Part shown: in pieces, positions 1-8,400 of the stretch
How positions within the stretch are numbered: position 1 is the stretch's first letter
Layout of the letters: each line of letters opens with the position of its first letter
Source of the DNA: Pseudidiomarina andamanensis
GTDB lineage: Bacteria; Pseudomonadota; Gammaproteobacteria; Enterobacterales; Alteromonadaceae
Assembly (NCBI RefSeq): GCF_009734345.1
Contig: NZ_CP032551.1
Coordinates: forward strand, 60,001 to 92,000
Direction: 5' to 3'
Length of the DNA: 32,000 bases
Made by a program: the position numbers and the translations under genes
Notes under the pieces: generated by a model
Seen by the model: the letters and a program-made list of their open reading frames with translations, nothing else
The model's database searches: none
Told to the model about the DNA's origin: nothing

Positions 1-1488
1 GTGACAGAAAAGTCGCCGGGCTACGACACCCTCGAGCTTACCATTGCGGAAGTGATTAGCCGCGAGCCGGTGACGGTATCCAGCACAGCCTCTATCCGCG
101 AGGCCGCCGAGCTGATGCGCGACGAAAAAGTCTCATCGGTGATGGTTACAGGTGCAGTCCAAGGTCTGACCCCCAAGGAGGGGGCAGACCTTGGACTGCA
201 CCCCACCTCCTCCAAACTCTTCGGCATTCTCACCGACCGCGATTTAAGAAACCGCGTCATCGCTCAAGGCCTAAGCTACGACATTCAAGTGAATGCGGTG
301 ATGACCCAAGCACCGGCAACGGTCTACGGGCGGCAAACGCTGATGGATGCGCTGACGTTAATGACCCAGCATAATATTCACCATCTGCCTGTGCTAAACG
401 ATGACGACCAGCCAATCGGCATGATCACCAATACCGATTTGATGCGCCAACAGCGCAGCGAACCGGTGATGTTGATTAGTGCTATCAATAAGGCTGAAAC
501 ACGCGAGCAACTAGTCGCAGAAGCTCAGCATATTCCGGCTTATATGCAGACGTTTGCGGCGCGCGTTCATGACACCACTATGGTGGGGCGTCTGTTAGCG
601 TCGTTAACCGATAGTATGACCCGTAAGTTGATTAGCCTCTTTGAACAAGACCATGGCGTTGCGCCAAGTGCGTACTGTTGGATAGCGTTCGGCTCACAAG
701 GCCGTGAAGACCAAGTGCTCAGCTCGGATCAAGACAATGGATTGTTGCTAGGCAATGGCTTGAACGAGCAACAACGTGAATGGTTTAAGGGGCTTGGCGA
801 ATATGTCTGCACCGGCTTAAATGAATGCGGTATTCCGCTGTGCCCTGGCGATATCATGGCGTCGAACCCTGATTGCCGACGCACGCTAGACGGCTGGCTT
901 GACCGCTTCCATACCTGGACCGAGAGCCCAACACCGAAAGCCCTCATGTACTGTCAGATATTCTTCGATTCACGCATGGTGCACGGCAATAAGCGTTTGT
1001 ATCAGCGCTATCGTGACGAAGTTGCCAAACTTGGCAAGAACGAGTTTTTCTTGGGCAATTTGGCACGCTTACAAGTGAGCGTTCAAGTGCCATTGGGATT
1101 ATTCAATCGCTTCCGTGGCACAGAATCTGGGAAAGATAGCGATTTGATTAACATAAAGCGCTACGGCATTGCGCTGATTAATGACATTGTGCGCATCTAT
1201 TCGTTGCAAGCAGGGCTTACGGTACCGCAAACATTAATGCGACTTGAGCAGCTGCGTGGCAGTAATCTATTGAACCGTAAGGATAACCAATCGTTGGGAG
1301 AAGCATGGCAGTTTTTAACCCAACTGCGGCTGCAGCATCAATTAAATATTTGGGGTACCGATAAATCGAAGAACGCTTTAGACCCTGATGAACTCAGTAC
1401 CTTGACCCGCCGACAATTAAAAACTGCATTTCGAATTATTAAAGATTGCCAGCAAGGCGTTGGTTTGAAGTTCGGGCGTATTGGCTAA
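1..1488 (+). CDS. CBS-pair / DUF294-type nucleotidyltransferase signal-transduction protein. It is 5'-truncated by the window edge; the usual N-terminal cNMP-binding domain would lie upstream.
   Basis: The ORF is open from base 1. It has CBS-like segments (ILTDRDLRNRV, MITNTDLMRQ), the NTase motif FGSQGREDQVLSSDQDNGLL (G-S-x-G-R-x-E...D-x-D), and a C-terminal DUF294_C-like helical region. It is coupled to a downstream exonuclease gene, as is typical for this pair. Confidence 0.8.
   Translation: MTEKSPGYDTLELTIAEVISREPVTVSSTASIREAAELMRDEKVSSVMVTGAVQGLTPKEGADLGLHPTSSKLFGILTDRDLRNRVIAQGLSYDIQVNAVMTQAPATVYGRQTLMDALTLMTQHNIHHLPVLNDDDQPIGMITNTDLMRQQRSEPVMLISAINKAETREQLVAEAQHIPAYMQTFAARVHDTTMVGRLLASLTDSMTRKLISLFEQDHGVAPSAYCWIAFGSQGREDQVLSSDQDNGLLLGNGLNEQQREWFKGLGEYVCTGLNECGIPLCPGDIMASNPDCRRTLDGWLDRFHTWTESPTPKALMYCQIFFDSRMVHGNKRLYQRYRDEVAKLGKNEFFLGNLARLQVSVQVPLGLFNRFRGTESGKDSDLINIKRYGIALINDIVRIYSLQAGLTVPQTLMRLEQLRGSNLLNRKDNQSLGEAWQFLTQLRLQHQLNIWGTDKSKNALDPDELSTLTRRQLKTAFRIIKDCQQGVGLKFGRIG
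151..201. repeat. A 51-bp near-perfect palindrome lying in frame inside the CBS-domain CDS.
   Basis: Bases 151-168 (ggtgcagtccaaggtctg) are the exact reverse complement of 184-201 (cagaccttggactgcacc). An inner cccc(170-173)/gggg(180-183) pairing follows one bulged A. 51 nt = 17 codons, translated as GAVQGLTPKEGADLGLH. Confidence 0.9.
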
Positions 1489-2102
1489 TGTGGGATTTAG
1501 TCAAACGCTGGTGGCGGACGCATCAAGCTCGAAAAAAGGCGTGGACGGAACATCGCTATATTGCACTTGATATTGAAACCAGCGGGTTAGATCCTGCAAC
1601 CGATCAGATATTGGCGATTGCGTGGGTTGAGGTAGCACCGCCAGTGATTCATTATACAACCGGGCGCTACTATCTTATTGACCACGATGAGACTGATTTG
1701 AAGCAGTCTCCGGTTATTCACGGACTCGTCAAGAAGGACTTCATTGAGACCTCACAACTGTGTGATGTGATGGCACAACTTTCTGAACAGTTGAATAACA
1801 AAATATTAATTTGTCATCATATACAACTTGATTGGCGGTTTCTTAAACAGGCAGCCAAGCGGTGTGATATTGAACTTTCTCCTCTCGCGTTATTTGATAC
1901 GTTGGCATTTGAGGCTAGCCGATTAAAGCGTCAACAACATCATATTCAACGTGGCTCTTTAACCCTCACAGCCTGCCGCTCAAGGTATGGTCTCCCCGAA
2001 TACGACGCGCATCATGCGTTTAGCGATGCCATTGGATGCGCCGAATTAATGCTCGCTCAAGGCTACAAATATGCGGGCAGTTCAAAAAGTTCATTGTTTT
2101 AA
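1488..2102 (+). CDS. DEDDh 3'-5' exonuclease (DNA polymerase III epsilon-like domain protein).
   Basis: Exo I motif ALDIETSGLD, Exo II HHIQLDWRFL, Exo III HHAFSDAIGCAEL. ATG 1488 overlaps the upstream TAA (TAATG). The longer ORF from 1446 would overlap the upstream gene by 43 nt. Confidence 0.8.
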   Translation: MWDLVKRWWRTHQARKKAWTEHRYIALDIETSGLDPATDQILAIAWVEVAPPVIHYTTGRYYLIDHDETDLKQSPVIHGLVKKDFIETSQLCDVMAQLSEQLNNKILICHHIQLDWRFLKQAAKRCDIELSPLALFDTLAFEASRLKRQQHHIQRGSLTLTACRSRYGLPEYDAHHAFSDAIGCAELMLAQGYKYAGSSKSSLF

Positions 2103-2302
2103 CGATATTTTTATACAACTTTGAACGTTTTTCGACGAATGACGTTTTATTTATGTTGAAAATCCATTGAAAAGACCAAAGGACTGTGGTTATCTAAGCG
2201 AGATTCTATGTCAACTGACTATTGTGGCAATAGAACGCTTAGACTTCAGCGTGGACGACTAAAAATGCCGTGCTGAAAATATAATAATAATGGGAGTAAG
2301 AC

Positions 2303-5182
2303 ATGGCTAAGAAATCATTTTTAGCGAACTCGATTCAAGCAATTCTTATTGCAGGGTTTAGTTCTGCGGTATTGGTCGGTGCACCGGTATACGCGCAGGA
2401 TCAAACTGAGCAAGAAGAAAATGCAAAAGAGGTCGAGGAGCGCATTCAGGTTACTGGTTCGCGGATCGCTCGTCCGGAGTTGTCACAAGCGGCACCGGTC
2501 ATTTCGATTGATAGCGAAGACATTAGTGAGTTTGGTACACCGGATCTAGGTCAGATTCTTGCTGAATTACCAGCGGTTGGTGCTACAAACACCCTAATCG
2601 GAAACCGTAATAGTAACGCTTCTGGTGGCGTGAGCTCAGCTGACTTACGTCGTTTAGGTGCAGGTCGTACACTTGTTCTTGTAAACGGTAAGCGCCACGT
2701 AGCAGGTTCACCAGGTTCAGCGTCAGTTGACCTTTCTACTATTCCATCGTCAATGATTGAACGCGTTGAAGTTATGACTGGTGGTGCATCGGCAATCTAC
2801 GGTTCTGACGCCGTATCGGGTGTAATCAACGTTATTACGCGTACCAACTATGAAGGTCTAGAGTTCAACGCCCGCGGCACCAGCTCTACTGAAGGTGTTG
2901 GCGCGCGTACCCATGAATTCGGTATCTTAGGTGGTGGCGACTTTATGAATGGTCGTGGTAATGCGACATTCCATATCGGCGTCAACCGTATTCAAGAAAC
3001 AATGGAAGATGATATTCGCCAGTTCCAAAGCTGGGGTACTATTTTGAATCCTGAAGATACTGGCCGACTAGACGGTATTCCAGATCGAATTTTCGTTCCA
3101 AATGTTGGTTCTGAGTATATCTCGGGCAACGGTGTTCTTTTATGGGATAATTTCTACGGTTTATTACCAGACGGCTCATACGTTGTTCAGCCGCCTCGTC
3201 AAGGAACTAACTCTGCATTGTTTGGTTATTTTCCAGATGGTTGTGACACCTGCGCATTTACGCAGAAATACGTGAACTTGCAGCCAGAAGTAAATCGTGT
3301 GAACTTGGCATCTACTATTGATTTCGAACTAAGCGACTCAGCGCGTTTCTATTCTGATTTCAAAGTTACTCGTGCCGATATTCAACAACAGTTCCAGCCG
3401 GCGTTTACGACTTCTACCCGCATTAATGTTAACGACAACCCTTATTTAAACGAAGAGTTACGTCAACGTCTTCTTGATGCTGGTGCAAGCCAAGTTACCA
3501 TGTTCAAATTCTTCGAAGATTGGGGTAACCGCTCAGCTCAAAACCGTCGTGAATTATTCCGTTATATTGGCGGTGTTGATGGTGTAGTTAACCTAGATCA
3601 AAGCTTCCTTCAGTACGACTTCTACTATGGCTATGGTGAAACGCGTAACCGTCGTATCACGGAGAATGAATCAATCCCAGGCAACATTGCTGCCGCGGTA
3701 GATACTATTCGTGATGGCGAAGGTAACATTGTTTGTCGCGACCCTGATGCTGGTTTAGTAAATACTGGCGGCGAATGTGTGCCTTACAACCCGTTCGGTC
3801 AGAATGCGACTGCTGAAGCTATTGCCTTTATGAGCGCTGATGTTGTTCGTGACGACAAAATCACTCAGGAGTATGTGGGTGCGACATTCGTTACTGATAG
3901 CCAAAACCTTTTCGCATTACCAGGTGGTGCAGTTGATTTAGCATTTGGTTTCGAGTGGCGTGAAGAAACATCTGAAACTCTAACAGATGAATTTACTCGT
4001 CGTGGTTTAACTAACAATGCGGCAACACCGAATCAATATGGTGAGTATGACGTTACCGAATATTTCGTTGAGGTTAACTTACCTATTCTTGACGGCTCTT
4101 TCTTGGCTGAAGAGTTAAGCATCGATATGGCTTATCGTGGTGCTGATTACTCGCATGCTGGTAAAGCTGATTCTTGGAAAGTTGGTTTCATGTGGGCACC
4201 GATTGAAGATGCACGCTTACGCGGTACTTTCGGTCGTGCGGTACGTGCACCGAATATTTCAGAAGCGTTTAGCCCACGTTCGCCAGGTTTTGTAAACATT
4301 ACTGACCCTTGTGATGCGACTCGAGTTAATCAAAACCCAAATCGTGCAGCAAACTGTGCCGCCTTGGGTGTTCCTGAGAACTTCCAGTCAAATACAAACG
4401 TAAGTATCAACTTGATCTCTGGTGGTAACCCGAATCTTGACGTAGAAACTTCAGACTCATGGACATTAGGTGTTGTCTGGACTCCTTCTTCAATCGAAGG
4501 TTTCACTGCGACATTAGATATGTATAACATTGAGATTGAAGATGCGATTACTTTCATCGCTCCGCAATCAGTTATCAATAACTGTGTTGATTCAGAAGGT
4601 GCGCCATCTGCTACTTACTGTGCGCAGGTAACTCGTGATCCAGAAACCAACCAGCTTACTGCTGTAGAATCTGGTTACTTGAACGCAGCGGCTCTAGAGA
4701 CTCGTGGTATCGAACTTGATCTCCGCTATCGTACAGATCTACAAGCGTTCGATTTACCTGGTGAGTTATCAAGCTCATTGTTTATCAACCACCTTGATTC
4801 ATTTGTTTTCTACTCGTTCCAAGATCAACCAGATCTTGATGACCGTGAAGAAGGCGAAGTGGGTGATCCGCAATGGCAGTTCCGTTTCACTAATACTTAT
4901 CGTTTAGACAACACGAGCTTTAGCTGGAACGTGCGCTACATTGACCGTTCTGCTTTATATGACGTGACTCCGCGTTTAGAAGCTTATGAGAACGTATCTC
5001 CAAACGAAGTTGGTTCAATTTTAACGCATGACCTTTCTGCGCGTTATTTTGTAAACGACAACTTCACTGTTGATTTCGGTGTACGTAACGTCTTCGATAA
5101 GACTCCTCCAGGATATGTGGGCAATGCTTTGTATGACCTAGTTGGTCGTCGTGCATACGCTGGATTGAACTATCGTTTCTAA
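2303..5182 (+). CDS. TonB-dependent outer-membrane receptor (959 aa).
   Basis: Signal peptide ending VYA/QD. TonB-box/plug region ERIQVTGSRI ... RVEVMTGGASAIYGSDAVSGVINVIT. Long beta-barrel with RAVRAPNISEAF and a C-terminal aromatic terminus ...GLNYRF. GGGAG Shine-Dalgarno upstream. Confidence 0.9.
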   Translation: MAKKSFLANSIQAILIAGFSSAVLVGAPVYAQDQTEQEENAKEVEERIQVTGSRIARPELSQAAPVISIDSEDISEFGTPDLGQILAELPAVGATNTLIGNRNSNASGGVSSADLRRLGAGRTLVLVNGKRHVAGSPGSASVDLSTIPSSMIERVEVMTGGASAIYGSDAVSGVINVITRTNYEGLEFNARGTSSTEGVGARTHEFGILGGGDFMNGRGNATFHIGVNRIQETMEDDIRQFQSWGTILNPEDTGRLDGIPDRIFVPNVGSEYISGNGVLLWDNFYGLLPDGSYVVQPPRQGTNSALFGYFPDGCDTCAFTQKYVNLQPEVNRVNLASTIDFELSDSARFYSDFKVTRADIQQQFQPAFTTSTRINVNDNPYLNEELRQRLLDAGASQVTMFKFFEDWGNRSAQNRRELFRYIGGVDGVVNLDQSFLQYDFYYGYGETRNRRITENESIPGNIAAAVDTIRDGEGNIVCRDPDAGLVNTGGECVPYNPFGQNATAEAIAFMSADVVRDDKITQEYVGATFVTDSQNLFALPGGAVDLAFGFEWREETSETLTDEFTRRGLTNNAATPNQYGEYDVTEYFVEVNLPILDGSFLAEELSIDMAYRGADYSHAGKADSWKVGFMWAPIEDARLRGTFGRAVRAPNISEAFSPRSPGFVNITDPCDATRVNQNPNRAANCAALGVPENFQSNTNVSINLISGGNPNLDVETSDSWTLGVVWTPSSIEGFTATLDMYNIEIEDAITFIAPQSVINNCVDSEGAPSATYCAQVTRDPETNQLTAVESGYLNAAALETRGIELDLRYRTDLQAFDLPGELSSSLFINHLDSFVFYSFQDQPDLDDREEGEVGDPQWQFRFTNTYRLDNTSFSWNVRYIDRSALYDVTPRLEAYENVSPNEVGSILTHDLSARYFVNDNFTVDFGVRNVFDKTPPGYVGNALYDLVGRRAYAGLNYRF

Positions 5183-5213
5183 GTAGACGAAAAACTACTT
5201 AAGTAATGAGTTG

Positions 5214-5247
5214 AAAGCCCTGCCGCACAATGGCAGGGCTTTTTTAT
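5214..5247 (+). terminator. Rho-independent terminator of the first TBDR gene.
   Basis: Stem aaagccctgcc / ggcagggcttt with a 7-nt loop, followed by a T-run (tttttattt). Confidence 0.8.
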
Positions 5248-5331
5248 TTATGGCTTAACCAATTGACCAAAAAAAGTTCCCTAAATGTGCAAAAAAAAAT
5301 CATATTTAACAACTTTTGTTCGTTAAGTAGG

Positions 5332-5360
5332 TTGCCGATATAGAATTTTTTGATTAGTAT
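5332..5360 (+). promoter_or_regulatory. Candidate sigma70 promoter for the second TBDR gene.
   Basis: TTGCCG (5332-5337), 17-nt spacer, TAGTAT (5355-5360), about 120 nt upstream of ATG 5481. By-eye match only. Confidence 0.3.
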
Positions 5361-5480
5361 CGAGTACTGAGCGGTCAAGGTTTACGCTTTGTAAGCCGTG
5401 ACCGTCGACGCACGAGGGCGTTCACGTGCCGACTTTAAACCTAGTAAATCACGTATAAAGTGATCCAGGGAGAACACAGT

Positions 5481-8306
5481 ATGTATACTAATAATAAATT
5501 AGCTAAGTCTATCCGCTTAGCACTTATGTTCGGTGGCGCTTCACTTGCGTTGTCAGGCACTGCGGCAGCGCAGGACCAGTCTGGTGACGAAGCAGAAGTA
5601 GAAGCCCAAGAACGTATTACCGTAACAGGTTCACGTATCAAACGTACTGACTATGAATCATCTAGCCCAGTACAAATTACTTCTTCTGAAGAAATCAAAA
5701 ACTCTGGTTTTACCCGTATTGAAGATTTGATGAACAGCTTGCCACAGGTAGAAGCTGCTCAAACTTCATTCATCGCGAACGGTGCATCAGGTGTTGCAAC
5801 ACTTGACCTTCGTGGTATCGGTACAAACCGTACGTTGGTATTGATGAATGGTCGCCGTTTACAATCTGGTGGCGTATATTCACAAGCACCTGACGTTAAC
5901 CAAATTCCAGCCGCGCTTGTTGAGCGTGTTGAAGTTCTTACCGGTGGTGGTTCTGCAACCTACGGTGCGGATGCGGTAGCTGGTGTTGTTAACTTTGTAA
6001 TGAAAGACGACTTTGAAGGTCTAGAAGTTAACGTTGGTGCTTCTGGTTATCAGCACAGCAACGGCAACGATTACATGCAAGGCCTGATGGATGAAGCCAA
6101 CTTCGGTTATCCAACTGGCGGCAGCGGCATCGACGGTAAGTCATACAACATCGACGTAACCATGGGTAGCAGCTTCGCTGACGGTAAAGGTCACGCAACT
6201 GCATACGCTACATGGCGTCAAATCAACGAAATGCGTCAAGAAACGCGTGATTATTCATCATGTGCACTTAACGCAGCTGGTACTGCTTGTGGTGGTTCAT
6301 CTACTGCACCATTACCGAATACCTTCTTCGCTCCAATTGTTGATGGTGAATATGATCTAGACCAAGAAGTTTGGTGGTCATTGAACCAAGACGGTAGCTT
6401 CTCTCCATATGATGGTACTAACGTGTATAACTACGCGCCAGTTAACCACTTCATGCGTCCTGATACCCGTTACACCATGGGTGCGTTCGTTAACTATGAA
6501 GTAAACGACTCGTTCCGTCCGTACATGGAAATCAGCTACATGCATGACCGTACTATTGCTCAGATCGCTGAGTCAGGTACTTTCTATGCATTCCGTCAAG
6601 ACATCGACATCAACAGCCCATTGTTCACTGATGCACAACGTGCTCAGTTCCGTAGCCAATTCGGTCCGGACGTAGAAACTATCGGTGCTTATATCGGTAA
6701 GCGTAACGTTGAAGGTGGCCCACGTATGAACAACCTGGAACACAGTGCGTTCCGTATGGTGTTCGGTGCTGAAGGTTACTTGAACTCAAACTGGTCATAT
6801 GACGCGTCATTCCAGTATGGTTCAACTTCTTCAAATACTGCGTATATCAACGACTTCTACATCAAGTATGTTCAAGATGCGTTAGCTAACGCAGAATACG
6901 ATGTATTCACTCCAGGTGGTGTTACTGCTGAGTCTGCTGATGCATTAGGTGGTGTTGCAATCATGACCGGTATCACTTCACAGCGTATCGTGAACGCTTA
7001 TGTGACCGGTGAATTGGGCGCAAGCTTACCATCTTCTGATTTGCCAATGGCTGCGGTATTTGGTTTCGAAAACCGCGAAGTAGACTTCGAACGTACTGCT
7101 GACACTATCTATCAAGAAGGTGCGTTGGCTGGTCAAGGTGGTCCAACTAACAGCCTAGTTGGTGGTTATAACGTTAAAGAATTGTTCGGTGAGTTGAGCG
7201 TTCCAATTGCTGAAGGCCGTGACGGCATCGACAGCATGACCTTAGATTTAGGTGTACGTTTCTCTGACTACAGCACTTCTGGAAACGAAACAACCTACAA
7301 AGCGGCGTTGGACTACAACGTAACTGCTGATTGGAAAGTTCGTGCGAGCTACAACCGTGCGGTACGTGCTCCGAACGTTGGTGAATTGTTCGCTGCAACT
7401 TCAATCGGTTTGTGGGGTGGTACTGACCCGTGTGCGGGCGATACTCCTGAGTTCACTGCGGCACAGTGTGCGAACACTGGTGTAAGTGCATCTCAATACG
7501 GTAACATCGATGCGAACCCAGCGTCTCAGTACAACGGTTTGTTCGGTGGTAACACTGAATTGCAACCAGAAGTAGCTGATACCTACACGTTCGGTATCGT
7601 TGCGAACCCAATGGATAACTTCAACTTCACTGCCGACTACTGGATCATTGAAATTGAAGAAGTTATCGGTACTTTGGGTGCGTCTAACACCTTACGTCTT
7701 TGTGGTTTGACTGGTGATGCAGTTTACTGTAACAACGTAAACCGTGCGCCTTCAGGCAGCTTGTGGCGTGGTAACGACGGCTTCGTTCGTGCAACTAACA
7801 TCAACGTTGGTTCTGAAGAGTACAGCGGTGTTGATATCAACGCTAACTACACTCTTGAAGACGTGTTAGGCGGTACTATTACTGCTCGTATGAACGGTTC
7901 ATACTACCTTGAGAAGTACGCAGATAGCGTAGGTGAAGATTGTGCTGGCCAAATCAACTCAAACTGCTTCCCGCAGCCAGATTGGCGCCACTCTTTAACT
8001 ATGACCTATACTCCGGATGATATCTGGACTGCACAGTTGAAATGGCGTTACTTCGGTGGCGTTGACTACAACGAAACAGTTGACCAATTATTACTTGGTA
8101 AAGGTATTGGTTCACAGAGCTACTTAGACGTAGTAGGTACTTTTGAAGTGAACGAAAATACTTCTGTTCTTGTTGGTATCAACAACATCCTAGATAAAGA
8201 GCCACCATTGGTAGGCGGTTCAATCTCTACTAACGCAAACACTGTTGCTGGTTTCTACGACACATTAGGTCGTTATGTCCACGCAAGCGTAACTTTCCGC
8301 TTCTAA
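5481..8306 (+). CDS. TonB-dependent outer-membrane receptor, a paralogue of the upstream one (941 aa from ATG 5481).
   Basis: AGGGAGA Shine-Dalgarno 7 nt before ATG 5481; the GTG 5460 extension is less likely. Signal peptide ...GTAAA/QD. ERITVTGSRI, RVEVLTGGGSATYGADAVAGVVNFV, RAVRAPNVGELF, C-terminus ...SVTFRF. Confidence 0.9.
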   Translation: MYTNNKLAKSIRLALMFGGASLALSGTAAAQDQSGDEAEVEAQERITVTGSRIKRTDYESSSPVQITSSEEIKNSGFTRIEDLMNSLPQVEAAQTSFIANGASGVATLDLRGIGTNRTLVLMNGRRLQSGGVYSQAPDVNQIPAALVERVEVLTGGGSATYGADAVAGVVNFVMKDDFEGLEVNVGASGYQHSNGNDYMQGLMDEANFGYPTGGSGIDGKSYNIDVTMGSSFADGKGHATAYATWRQINEMRQETRDYSSCALNAAGTACGGSSTAPLPNTFFAPIVDGEYDLDQEVWWSLNQDGSFSPYDGTNVYNYAPVNHFMRPDTRYTMGAFVNYEVNDSFRPYMEISYMHDRTIAQIAESGTFYAFRQDIDINSPLFTDAQRAQFRSQFGPDVETIGAYIGKRNVEGGPRMNNLEHSAFRMVFGAEGYLNSNWSYDASFQYGSTSSNTAYINDFYIKYVQDALANAEYDVFTPGGVTAESADALGGVAIMTGITSQRIVNAYVTGELGASLPSSDLPMAAVFGFENREVDFERTADTIYQEGALAGQGGPTNSLVGGYNVKELFGELSVPIAEGRDGIDSMTLDLGVRFSDYSTSGNETTYKAALDYNVTADWKVRASYNRAVRAPNVGELFAATSIGLWGGTDPCAGDTPEFTAAQCANTGVSASQYGNIDANPASQYNGLFGGNTELQPEVADTYTFGIVANPMDNFNFTADYWIIEIEEVIGTLGASNTLRLCGLTGDAVYCNNVNRAPSGSLWRGNDGFVRATNINVGSEEYSGVDINANYTLEDVLGGTITARMNGSYYLEKYADSVGEDCAGQINSNCFPQPDWRHSLTMTYTPDDIWTAQLKWRYFGGVDYNETVDQLLLGKGIGSQSYLDVVGTFEVNENTSVLVGINNILDKEPPLVGGSISTNANTVAGFYDTLGRYVHASVTFRF

Positions 8307-8329
8307 TAGCGAAAGAAATAGCGTTTAAT

Positions 8330-8360
8330 AAAACGGCGACTTTTAGTCGCCGTTTTTTAT
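8330..8360 (+). terminator. Rho-independent terminator of the second TBDR gene.
   Basis: aaaacggcgac / gtcgccgtttt stem, 5-nt loop, T-run. Confidence 0.8.
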
Positions 8361-8400
8361 TTCCCGCTATAAAAAATAACAGAACTCCAAGGGTTGTATC

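Noticed and set aside
1446-1487. The start of the exonuclease ORF at ATG 1446.
   Set aside because: It would overlap the upstream gene by 43 nt. ATG 1488 forms a TAATG coupling junction, and the conserved domain starts shortly after it.
2268-2296. A possible Fur box in the AT-rich tgaaaatataataataatggg, just upstream of the first TBDR gene.
   Set aside because: It bears only a vague resemblance to the GATAATGATAATCATTATC consensus. It overlaps the Shine-Dalgarno region, and AT-rich sequence is expected there. Not supportable by eye.
2103-2302. A known riboswitch (cobalamin, TPP) upstream of the TBDR genes.
   Set aside because: I could not find a B12-box or a TPP-type conserved core in either leader. 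Only generic hairpins are present, and these are reported as a low-interest finding instead.
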